The notes below the pieces were generated by a model. That model was not told where the DNA came from, did no database searches, and saw only the letters and a program-made list of their open reading frames with translations. This document shows positions 1 to 11,399 of a DNA stretch of 64,000 bases, in pieces. The translations under genes and the position numbers were made by a program. This stretch comes from Felis catus (taxonomy: Eukaryota): positions 21,454,001 through 21,518,000 of the forward strand of contig NC_058368.1 of the NCBI RefSeq assembly GCF_018350175.1, given 5' to 3'. Each line of letters starts with the position of its first letter. Positions within the stretch are counted from its first letter, which is position 1.

Positions 1-52
1 AACCCATGTGTATATATTAGTGTATGCACATTTATATATACACATAGCTTTA

Positions 53-119
<67 letters not shown>
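53..119. repeat. Compound microsatellite (TG)n(TA)n(TG)n
   Basis: Seen directly. Confidence 0.95.
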
Positions 120-124
120 ACACA

Positions 125-1700
125 TATATTTTTTCCTAGTTCTGTCTTACGAAAGATCCAAGAAGCAGAGACACTTCATTAGCATAAGCATACCTAGCCT
201 TGGTCTCTAATACCATTCTGCACTAACAGGAAACAGGGCTCCTTAGAGAAAAGGCTAATTCCAGGGCTGGAGCAGAGTTAAAGACAAGATAAACATGGAA
301 CATCTTATTGTATCAGAAAGTAAGGAAGTGCTCAAAAAAAAAAAAAATGATGTAGGCATATCACAAAGACATAGTACCCAAACTAAAGGTGTTCCCACTA
401 GCTTAATCTGGGACAATTTAAACACCAAAATAATTAAATACAGACTCAAATATTTAGAAGTGAAAGATCATGATGTAACTTACCTTCAAGTGATTCAGAA
501 AAAAAGTATACAAAATATACACATATAAATAAATATAGGTAAAACTCAAGAAAACAAAGCAAATACAGAATGGAAAAATAGGAACTCCTAAGTTAATGCA
601 GATAATAAATAGACAAATAGAGTTGAAAGGGCTCTTTGTTCACAGAATGCTATGGGCTGACTGGTAGATGTGGAGAGAGCATTAGATTTGTTGACTCATT
701 TTGCAACCATTATGGTAAAATTATATCAGCAACAGTTGATTCTAAATTTAAATGGGAATTTTGATGATGAGCAGGATGCATCTTCAAATATTTCCCCACA
801 ATTTGCTTTTTAATTGCCAGGAAGAAAAAAAACAAAACCCAGAGTAACTATAGAATGGAAAATTCGGGCCACATATGGATCAGGTGATCAAAACTAAATC
901 ACTGAGGGAAAGATGGATATCATGTGCTTCTAAAAGTGATCACCTGTGCAGTAGTCCAATTGAGAATATATATATAACCCCAATGTAATCATGAGGGAAC
1001 ATCAGACAAAAAGAAAATAAGGAACGTTTTATTTAAAAGAGGGGTGGAGTGAGAAGCTATATCCTTTAAAAATGTCAAGCTCAGGGGTGCCTGGGTGGCT
1101 TAGTAGGTTGAGCATCCAACTTCGGCTCAGGTCATGATCTCAACATTTGCAGTTCATGAGTTCCAGCCCGGCATCAGGCTCTGTGCTGACAGCTCAGAGC
1201 CTGGAGCTTGCTTCTGGTTCTGTGTCTCCTGCCCTCTCTACCCTTCCCCCACTTGCTCTCTGTTTCTCTCTCTCAAAAATAAATAAACATTAAAAAAAAA
1301 ATTTTTTTTTAATGTCAAGGTAATAAAAGATAAAGGCTGGAAATGTTCCAAAGTAAAGGAAGCTAAAGAGTCATGACAACTAAATGTAGTACCTGACACC
1401 AGTCTGGCTCCTATACTAGAGGGGGAAAAGCTACAAGGATCAACCTACAAAATTGGAATATGGAGGTAGATTGAAGTATTAGTTCAATGTAAGACTATCA
1501 AGTATTCATGGGTTACAGGTCAGAATGTATGTAAATTAACCTAAAATGGTTCAGAAAAAAATTGTATATAAATATACATGTATGAGGTGAGAGAGATTTT
1601 GCACAAGAGCAAGCAGATGGTAAGGATGTTCTATAAATTATTTTTATTTTTGAACTTTTTGTAAATTTAAAATTATTTCTAAGTAAAAAGATTTTTTAAA
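125..1700 (+). mobile_element. Old L1M (L1MC/MD-like) 3'UTR fragments interrupted by a SINE
   Basis: Motifs such as cagggctccttagagaaaaggctaattccagggctgg...gaaagtaaggaagtgctcaaa. Confidence 0.6.
1084..1301 (+). mobile_element. CanSINE (SINEC)
   Basis: ggggtgcctgggtggc head, (CT)n, A tail; TSD aatgtcaag. Confidence 0.95.
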
Positions 1701-2559
1701 AATTGAGTCCACCTTAGAGAAACAAGACCAACAGGAAAATAAATGTTACTTTAAGACCCATCTAAGCAAATTGTTTTTAAAACATTCTCCAGTGTGTACT
1801 AAATTTTCAAGTTATTGTTCAGAATGTTTTCAAGTCTTCGTTCTTTTGTAAAAGATGAAAAGACCTATAGCTTTCACAGTTTTATCTAAATAAGTTAATA
1901 TGTTGAAGCCAACATTCCATCAGTTGTAGCTTTCTTATTACAAACAGCAGGAGGGAAAGAAAGCATTGAAATTACAAAACCTCTGTTCTCCACATTACCC
2001 ACATTTACCATTCGTTTGCTGGTGATTGCATTCCAGTTTCCAAGTAAAACCTCAGATTTTAAATTATGACTTCAGTTCTACTGTTATGACAAGTAAAGAG
2101 TATGCAGAGACTCAAATGAGGTCTGTGGAAAGGAGTGGGGTAGGGCTGATTAACTCTTCATCATATTGAAGATGAAAAAAAGCTGAAAACTTCTACCCTG
2201 AGTACCTAAATAACTTCTTTATTTTCATAAAGTACATCACTATGTGGAGTATTAAAATTTGGAGAAAGTATTCTTATTAGTTTTTACCTCTGAATTTGAT
2301 GATCTGATGTAAAAACACTTTCTTTTTTTTTTTTTTTTTCCTTTAAAATTCAACTCAATTATGTGCACCCCCTTGTGGTCAAACATAAAATTCGTCGTTT
2401 TCAAAACATCTTCCAATTGGGCTTTTTGTTCAGGCATAGGAACCATGTTACTAGATTTTGTTTTCCTCCTGTTTTGGTGAATTGAGATTATGAAGGGTTT
2501 TTGGTTTATGAAATAGTATTTTAAACAAAACAGGACTTAAATCTTCTAAAAGTGACCTC

Positions 2560-2690
2560 TATATAAACTTCAGTCTGGGCAAAATGGAGATAATTGCACC
2601 AACCTCAAGGGTTACTGTGAGGATTCAAGGGGAAAGTGCATATACTTGCTTAGCTGACACACAGTAGGTGCTCAGTAAATGTTATTTACC
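2560..2690 (+). mobile_element. MIR fragment
   Basis: aaaatggagataat...gtgaggatt...cacacagtaggtgctcagtaaatgtt. Confidence 0.7.
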
Positions 2691-3189
2691 AACATCATCA
2701 CTTTAGAATTCTCTTGACAGACTATATCGTAAAGGGGGTTAGATAAAAAATTTACCAGTTCATGCAGTTCAAGTACAATTGTTCCTTAAAGATACCACTT
2801 ATCCAGACTTACGTCTGGCTGATTCTCGCCACAGATATAGTATATTTTTAAAGAACAAAGAATATATACTTATCTCTGGATGACAGAAATTTGGGTAGTT
2901 TTTACTTTATATTTTAGACTGGCCTCATTTTGCTCTTCCCCCCTCCTTAATTTTAATAATTAGAAAAAGCAATAAAACTATTCCACTTCCATATGATACT
3001 CTTAATGATACATTGACATCCTTATTCATCTGGCAGAGACTGTTACTCATATTTGGCAAAAATAATTTGTCAGGCTACTTTATCATTTTAAGGAGCTTTT
3101 GATCACAAATGTTTATTAACTCCTATTGGCACTAGCTTAGCTTTTTAAGACATAAGAACCTATTTTAAAAGATTAGTGTTAATGACTGA

Positions 3190-3400
3190 CAACAATAGCT
3201 AACATTTACTAATATACCAACCGCTGTTAAAATGCACTTACTATATTACCACATTTACATCCATACAACCCAATGAGATAATAGCATTACACCTTTTACA
3301 GAAGATAAAATTGAGAAAAAGTAATTTATAAAGCTAATAAGTAGCAAGGCTGAGATCCAAATCCAGGCAGTTTAGTTCCAGAGTCCACCCACTTAACCAG
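3190..3400 (-). mobile_element. MIR
   Basis: aatagctaacatttact...ttttacaga...aatccaggcagt...ccagagtcca. Confidence 0.7.
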
Positions 3401-3984
3401 TGCACAGAAGTACCAGAGATGTAAAACAAACATACTACTTTGCAACATTACTTCTTGATCTCAAATTATTAAAATCCACTTCTTTTCTAATTGTGCCTCA
3501 ATAATGCAAATCATGCTAGCCTTCTCCCATTTCCCTACTTCTTAGTACTTCAGGCACTTTCAACATCCATCATCTTCTTTAACCCTCGCAATGATATATG
3601 TATGTTTTTGTATACTCCTACAGTTACTTACGGTGCATCACAAGTTGTTTTGCAACAGAAACTGGAAAAAAAATGTAGCAATACCGCAGCTTTTAGACTG
3701 TTGGATTCTTTAGAAAGCTTATTATCACTTGGGATCAGGAAAAAATTAACCAGTCAAAAATAATCTTAAAATGTAACAATATAGGATCAATGGTAGTTGT
3801 TTTGTTTTCATTTTCATCTTAACTAGCTTGGTGGCGGGTAGGATAACTCTCCCAAGCATATGAATGCTTAAAAGAGGTTTCTAAGGAAGGTGTTAAAATA
3901 TTGACAACTTTATCATCAATTATTGCTATCTTAGCGTCCAGTTTGGGGACGTGGGCACAGATTTGTCTACGTTTTGTGCCTCTT

Positions 3985-4190
3985 TCTACTTACTAGTTCT
4001 AAGACTTAGGGGCAAATCTCTTAATCTGAGTCTCGAGTGCCCTCATGTATAAAATGACAATAATACCTATATAACAGGACTGTTTTTAGGGGCAAACACG
4101 ATCAATCCGTAAAGCGTTTATTTAGCTCCGTGCCAAGCCAGAGTACAAAGTACAGTACCACAGTGTACGTGGTATCTAGCTATTATTACT
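3985..4190 (+). mobile_element. MIR
   Basis: gggcaaatctcttaatct...tcatgtataaaatgacaataatacct...agctattatt. Confidence 0.65.
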
Positions 4191-4436
4191 TTATTAACGT
4201 GCCGCAAAATGGAAAACCCGTCTTCGATAGTTTCAGTTCCTTTACCACCGTTTAAAAAAAATCACCCTAAGTGATACCCAAAGACTACCCATTCACCTCC
4301 CCAAAACAGAGCAGAATGTTTAGGAACATGTGAGACGGTGAGAAACTGGACTCGATGAAAGCGCCTTCGAAACAGCCTAGAATCGAGAAGGGCTACAACA
4401 CACTTAAGTAATCCTTCACTCCAGAGCACACGCACA

Positions 4437-4462
4437 CCACACACACACACACACACACACAC
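4437..4462. repeat. (CA)n microsatellite near the 5' end of DLEU1 intron 1
   Basis: Seen directly. Confidence 0.95.
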
Positions 4463-4574
4463 AGTTGTTGAGGAGGGGAAACCACGCCTCCTGTGTGTGC
4501 TCAGGTTGGATCGCACAGCAAGAAACAGAGTGCCCCAAGTTCCAGAATCTGACAGATGCGGACTCATCCACGTG

Positions 4575-4735
4575 CTTGCAACCTGTGCCTCCTTGGGCAA
4601 ATTACTTAAATTCTCTGAGCCTTGCTTTCCTGGTCTGCAAACCGATAATAATAATAGTACCTACCTCATAAAGTTGTTCTGAGCCTTAAGTGCAATAGCT
4701 CCTGCAAAGCGTTGACATACAGCAAGTGCTCTACA
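4575..4735 (+). mobile_element. MIR overlapping the 3' end of DLEU1 exon 1
   Basis: ccttgggcaaattacttaaattctctgagcct...ataataatagtacctacctcataaagttgttctgag is the MIR core. Confidence 0.8.
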
Positions 4736-5050
4736 CACAGGCGGGGCTGTTTTAAGTACACGTGTATCCATACACAGGGTCTCAGAGACACAGTCCGTTG
4801 TTAGTTTAGACACTGGCAATAAAACGTTTTTCTTTTCGTCTAGGCTGCACCCATATTTGTTTTCCTCGAACAGTAAAATAATGCCGATCGACTGACAAGT
4901 CATCTATGGACCCTCGGGCCCACAGTCCCCACAGTTCCTCCACGTCCGCGGCTCAGCAAAGAAGCTGCACGCACGCGCAAGAAAGGAGGTCGTTGGAGAG
5001 ACTGAGGAAGCAAAGTGCGAGCGGCGAACAGCGACGATTCTGCGCATGTA
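4665..5050 (-). ncRNA. DLEU1: DLEU1 lncRNA exon 1 (intron runs off the left end of the window)
   Basis: The reverse complement gtacatgcgcagaatc...gccagtgtctaaact...atggatacacgtg...aacaactttatgag|gtaggt resembles human DLEU1 exon 1 and is head-to-head with DLEU2. Confidence 0.85.
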
Positions 5051-6150
5051 CAAGGCGCGGAGGTTGGGGTAGGAGTTTGCGCATGAGCAGAAGTGTCGGG
5101 AAAGCTAGAGAAGGGTTAGGAGGCGGTATTGACAGCTGTGGAGGCAGCCCGCGTTCCCGGCATGCCCCGGGGCGGCGGGGTTGGCTCTAACGAATTTGAA
5201 TGAGGAGCCTCAGCGCTTTCGGCGCCATTTTCGAGTGATGCCTGATCTCATCAATCTAGCGGGAGAGACGGGATAACCTGTCCGAGATTATAGCGCCGCT
5301 AGGACTCCGCCGAAAAATCACTTAAAAAATTGCCAAAAATTACTTCGTGCAAAGGGCAGCCCGCGGAGCTTCACCAGGGTTGGCGCAGACGGTAAGAACC
5401 TGAAGAAGTAACAGCGGGACCTGGGAGGTGGCAGTGGGGGACCGTCAGGCGATGGGGGGGGGGTGCAGCGAGTGGGCACTGGGTCCGCCCTCATTTTAAT
5501 TGCTAAAAATGAGAGGAGATGGGGTTGGGGGTAATTGAGTGTCTGCGAGTGGGCGGCGGCGGGCGGAATGTGGCGGGAGCGCGGAGAGACGGGGGTGTGG
5601 GGGGAGGGGAGTTGCAGTTTGAGCGGGACTCTGACGGGCTGCGGCGGAGCAGCCGCCGCCCAGCAGATCTGTCAGCGGGACCCCCCGCCCGGGGCCGGGC
5701 TCGGGGCGCGGCGGGGCTCCGCAGGCCGGGGCTTCTTGACAGGAGAGGGGCGAGCGTCCCCTCCCCCATTTGCCAAACCGAGCGGTCTTTAATCGCAGTT
5801 TTCCCGGCCCGCTGACGGCCGCCTTCTCGTGACATGAAATTTAAGATCTACGGAAAATTAAGGACCGAGAGTCTAGTGGGTGCCTCCAGTCCGTCGTGCG
5901 GACCTGCTGTCCGCGGGACCCAGCACTGTATATTGTGTTAGACGCTGAAGCGTGAGGTGCCCTCGGAATGTGGGTTTCACAACGTAGCCCTACGGCTTTG
6001 CGCTCCTCGGTCCCGGCAGGAGTAACCCAAACGGTGTCTGGCTTTTCCAATTTGGGCAAGATAGGGCGGGGGCAGACTTTTGAGGTTTCAGCGGGCTCCT
6101 AGGGAAGATGCTGGACTTTCGCTTTTTGCTCGGGATTTTTGTCCTTTGCT
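4900..6150. promoter_or_regulatory. CpG island and bidirectional DLEU1/DLEU2 promoter
   Basis: GC- and CpG-rich in an AT-rich background. NRF1-like TGCGCATG at 5041 and 5078, E2F-like TTCCCGGC at ~5154, CHR TTTGAA at 5195-5200, YY1-like CGCCATTTT at 5223, GC boxes. Confidence 0.9.
5237..5391 (+). ncRNA. DLEU2: DLEU2 exon 1 (TSS approximate)
   Basis: gatgcctgatctcatcaatctagcgggagag... resembles the human 5' end. Donor GACG|gtaaga at 5392. Confidence 0.85.
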
Positions 6151-9100
6151 CTCACGGTGTTGTTTTTTCGGGGGGGGGGGGTGAAAGATAGGGTTTGGAG
6201 CTTGCAATTTCCTTCTCCCAGTTGCACTTTTCTTAGAAGACTCCTCCGATCTCTGAAACATGTCTCAGGGGGAAAAAAGCAATCTGTGAAACTGTATTGA
6301 TGTTTTCCTCACGAAAAAGTCTTAGCCCGGACAGCTTAACGGTAATTTTGCGATCTCCACCTTTTCTCGGGAACTCTCTTGACTGAGGCGGAGGGAAGAG
6401 GACTGTTATTTGTCTTTCCCTTTAGTGATTTTTTTTTTTTTTTTTTTTTACGTCGTAGTTTCTACCAATTCTTAGTCGGTAACTCTTGAATGATTTGAGC
6501 CAGTTACGGTTTTAAGCAGGACTTTATAAATAATGGCCTTCGTAAAAATTATTCATTAAAGATCTGTTAGGTTTTGAGTCTTTTTCTGCGCTGAAGGCAC
6601 CGCTGATTAACCCTTTGCCGGTGTGTTTTGCATGTGGGGCGCGCGGCTCTGGGTCGCGAATATGCAGGAGATGGGTTTTGCAGCAGCTATTCAATTGTTC
6701 GCGAAGAGGAAAAACGCTTTCTGGGGACCGCACTCACTCACTCTTTAGGACCACCTGCCCGAAGAGTTTTTCCCCCTGGAATTGATGTAACGATTGATTG
6801 ATTTCTTATTTCTGTAAAGACTGGAGGACCCGCCCTCACTTAGAATCTGTCCCCGAGGAGAATAGGAGAGCGCAATGTGATGTTTTTCAAATTGTGTCTA
6901 ACGGAGCTCCCAAAACACCGGACTTGTTACCCCCTGATTGGCTGGAAGGGAGCGGGACTAGGGGGTTTGAAAGTTGAACACTAGATTGTGATTCTCGACT
7001 TTGAGAAAAATACTTTTAGAGAACCACGGAAATAGTTAGGAAACGTTAAGACGGGGAGTTTGGGGGGTGGGGGGGAAGCTGGTGTTTAGTATTTTTTTCT
7101 TCCATAAAGGACTTTCGAACAGTTCTGAAATGTGTATTAAAAGTAAAACTGAGGATGCAGTTTTCGCAAAAATTGTAATTCTGTTGGCTGAAATTGCAAG
7201 ACTTTTATGTGTTTGCCCCTGTTATCTGTTGGTTAAAAACTGACTGTAGGGTCTAGGGTTTTTATTTCTTTGGCAGAAAATTTTCAACTTAAGCTACACA
7301 TTTCGATGCAGATTTCGGCAGAATTGTTTCTTTTATTTTGATGATAAGAAACTTAAAATTTCTTAGGAATGAGCCTCCCCACATTGCCCATAAAAATTGT
7401 ATGTATTTAAATTTATTTTCCACATCTAACTTAAAACACATGGGTTTTGCAAATTCAGCCATTGCTGTGGACTTAAAACTTTATTAACAAGAAATTTACG
7501 TTGCTTAATTTAGACAATACAACAGGTAAGTATGCACAGGTGCTTATGTGTGATTTCATTCCTTTGATAAATTCACTGTGAAGAAATACATCGCATACAC
7601 CATTGTGGGTGTGTTGTGTCTTACTTGGTTGGTTTTCAGTTCATTTTTGTTTAATGTTGGTTGAGACAGCCGTCAATATATTTCTATTTATTACCAAGCT
7701 TGTCATTCCGTTTAATTGCATCTTGATAAAAGGCGGGTGTGGTTTTCAAAGCAAATCGGTGAAGTCAGTGATAAACAAGATAGCTGTAGATACTTTTTAA
7801 AAGATTTTTCAATTTAATAGAAATTAATGTTCTTTTATGAATAGCAGTTGAAATTTTGAAACTTAGTTTGTATTCTAACATTAGGTCAAATATACATTGT
7901 TAGAAAATATTCAAATGAAAAGATCCCACGACTTTTAAAATCTCTGTAGGGCTATAAATATAATTTATATTGAGTGAAATAGCTGAGTTTATAAATAATG
8001 CTATTTTGTATTGCCTTCATAACAAGAATTGCAATTGTGGAATCTTTGTTCATTACCTTTTTTCAAAGCTGTTTATTTTGAATCATCTCATGAAAATTTC
8101 ATGAAAGGTGCTAATTATCCTCTCTATAAAATTTGACTTAATGAAGTTGTAGGAGACCTCATTTCTGTTTTAAGTGTAATTTTACCTATGATACAGAACT
8201 ATCAGGTTTTGCTTTTTTTACTGTTATTTTGGGTTTGGGGTTTTAATTTTCATTCAGATTATTATGTGACTTGGAGAGTTTTGAGGGTGGGGTAAGAGAG
8301 GGCTTTAAATTCCACCAGGCGGGTTAAACTTAACCATACTTTTTTAGTGCTTTGGTTTATGAGGGTTTTTGTTTGTTTTAAGGAGTGATGGTGAAGAATT
8401 GTTTTATTTAATAAGCCATTTTTTAAAGAAGTGAAGGATTCCTTTATTTAAAATACTACACTTAAAGCTTGAGAATGTACTAGCACCTAAATAAAAATGA
8501 CAGCATTTAAAATACTTTCTCTTTTTATGTGATGGGTTTTTAGATTTGTGGCCATGTAGGTATGAGTTCCAACATGTATATTATTATTACGTATAGTATC
8601 CATATTTCTCTGTAGAAATTGATAATTCTCATTTTCTATTGTAAGGACTAGAAAAGTCATTTATTCCCTCTGGAAAACAATGGTGGGTAAAGGTGTTGCC
8701 AGTAGCTCTACTCTTTTTAAAGCTATGTTTATATAACATGGGGGAGAGGGAACTAGAGAAGGTAAGGTGTCAGTCTTCCTGGTAGCATTGATATTCATTT
8801 GTTTGCCTTTCAATTTTTTTTAAAACTCCAAATAAAAGTGCAATTTTAGACTTTGCTTTAATGCTATTAACTTGCCTTAGTTGTACATTTACAAAATGTA
8901 ACCTCCAGTGTTTGCAAGTAACACTACATTTTTTCGAATCAGATTAATATCACTTTTTAATGTTACCAAAAACTGGAACCAAGGATGAAAATTTCACAAT
9001 AGCTTTCATATTCTGGATCCCTTGTTTCATCATGTTTTGTGTACTACATTTTTGTTTTTTGTTTGTGAAGACATGTATATTTTTATTTCTGTTTATTGGC

Positions 9101-10985
9101 ATGCAGTAACAATATACTTCAATATTGGTCAGTTAATAAGATTTACAAGAAAAAAAAAAAAAAAATGCCCAGAGACTGTATTGGGTATTTCTTCTATGTG
9201 ATACATAAGCTTTCTCCAATTAAAAAAAATCAATTAAATACACTATTTTGAAATTTTATTGTATAAAAATTTGTCTCTCATTTTAAAAAATTTCACTGGC
9301 CTAAAATTGGCTTTTTTCTTTTTTCCTTTTGTTTAGTGAAACTTAATAATTCCCACATTGATTTCTTTTTAACCCTTTTTTAGAAGAAACAGGTTACTGG
9401 TCTGATTATGACTAGAAAACACATTTTAGAAAGAACTGTCATGCCAGAGTGTTCATGTACATGTAGTTTTGTTATTTCTTACTGTTACTAATTTTTATTT
9501 AGCAAACTTAGAAACACTGTGGCCAGGCAACTAATTTGGCATGTAATTAGATTCAAACTATGACTTGCTGAAATTTGGTAGCCCCACATCTCTTAAGACC
9601 AAAGGAAATCAATAATAAACTACCACTTTCAAATAAGTGTCAAAAATTAGACTAAGTCATTTTTGCTAGTGATAGTATTAGACTTTAAAGTCGTGATTGT
9701 CTTAATAAGAGTAGTATCACTTTTAGAATTTCACGTTACTAATAAATGTTTATATGTTTGATTATTTGCATATACAAATGACTGTAGAGGCTTCCTATAA
9801 ATATTGCTTTCTTATAGGGAAATGATTTTCCTTTGCCTTTTTCCTCCCCAGTGTCTGTCTTAGAGATGCTTTAAAGAATCTCCTTTTAGAAAGAAAAGTT
9901 TCAAATATGAACTGATATTAAGTATACATATTAATTTTATTTTTAATATTTTTTATCTAATGAGAAGTTTAATATACTTTTTTTATTACTTTCATATTTC
10001 ACTAAAAAGTCTTTGCCCTGGAAAAATTTTGCACTGGGTTTTAAGTGTAAATAACTACTTTGTAATATGTTTGACATTGAGTTGTACTAGTTTGGGGGGG
10101 CTACATCTTTTTTTTCTTATCATACACGTTTGGTTTAATATTTGTCTTCGATCCAAACCTCTTTTGTTCTTTATTGTCTAGTATTTGTTGTTTCCCCACT
10201 ATTTAAAAACTTTTGGCATGGAGTACATAATGGTTTCTATTTTCTTTCTGTGATTTTTAAAGTTGTGACACCTTAATTTTCAGAGTGCTCAAATATAGAA
10301 AACTTTGTCTAGATCTTTTGAGAAGGACTATGTAGAAATGATTTTAATGTTTCAAAATGTCATGGTTTTTGGATTGATGTTTGTGAGTTACATATGTGTG
10401 CTATTTGTTGTTAAATATTTGGCGGCAGAGGAATAAAGGTTTTTTGGTTCTCATTTCTTTTCCTAAGCTATTCTTAAATAACAGTAGAAAACTGAACTCG
10501 TTAACATACAGTACGGTATAAACCTATGGTAATTTAACAACTTTATATTTTTACATAATTGCCATTAAATCATTAAGATTCAAGTGAAACAAATGAAGAA
10601 GCCACTTCTATACATTTGGTTACACCATCTACCTGGAAATATTAAAAAACCATTGGCCCAATAGTCATCCACTTGTTACTTATAAATATTTTAATTTATT
10701 TAAAAAGTTAATTCTAAATTTTTTTTCTGTGAGAACTGTAATGTCTTAAAAATATTTGGAAATATCAGTATAATTGTTCACTTGGGCATGGCAAAAGACC
10801 AAACTTAAGAATAGTAATTTCTCTCATCATTAAAATGTTTGATAATTTGGGGAGAAAGGTAGTTAAAAATTTATCTCTGTCTCTTGAGTAGTTCTTTTAA
10901 CTGTGGATTTTATGAGTTTTAGAAACACAAACTGTATTTCTGATATTTTCCTTATGGAGTCACCTTTACCAGTCCTCCAGCACTT

Positions 10986-11025
10986 ACACACACACACACA
11001 CACGCACACACACACGCACGCACAC
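10986..11025. repeat. Imperfect (CA)n microsatellite
   Basis: Seen directly. Confidence 0.9.
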
Positions 11026-11304
11026 CTTTGAAAATGAATGCCCTAAAGAGAAATGAAAGCAGAAACATATTAATCTGATTTGTTTGAAGAGGCTTCAGAT
11101 GATAAAGCATATCACAGGTGTTTCTAATCAAGTTATTTCTGCTTAAAAAACATTATTTTCAAGTTAGGGTTTCTTTGAACACAGGCAAGATTGGGGTCAT
11201 TTTGAAGATTTTTACCTTCGTGTTCAGGGATCAACTGTGGAACTGCAGGAGGCGGAAATCTGTTGAGTGTCTTCATGCTATAATACATGACATTTTTATT
11301 GCAG

Positions 11305-11399
11305 GTTTTGACCTTTAGGAGAGAGCCAATTCTGGAGAACAACCTAACTTCTCTGATTGAACACTCACATAATGCATTGGAACATGATAGGAGATTAAG
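11305..11399 (+). ncRNA. DLEU2: DLEU2 exon 2
   Basis: tttttattgcag|GTTTTGACC...GAGATTAAG|gtatac; resembles human exon 2. Confidence 0.85.

Noticed and set aside
1084..1160. tRNA-like A/B boxes at SINE heads
   Set aside because: tRNA-derived SINE promoters, not tRNA genes.
4906..6059. Several R/G/P/A-rich ORFs in the CpG island
   Set aside because: Stop codons are rare in GC-rich DNA; no domain resemblance.
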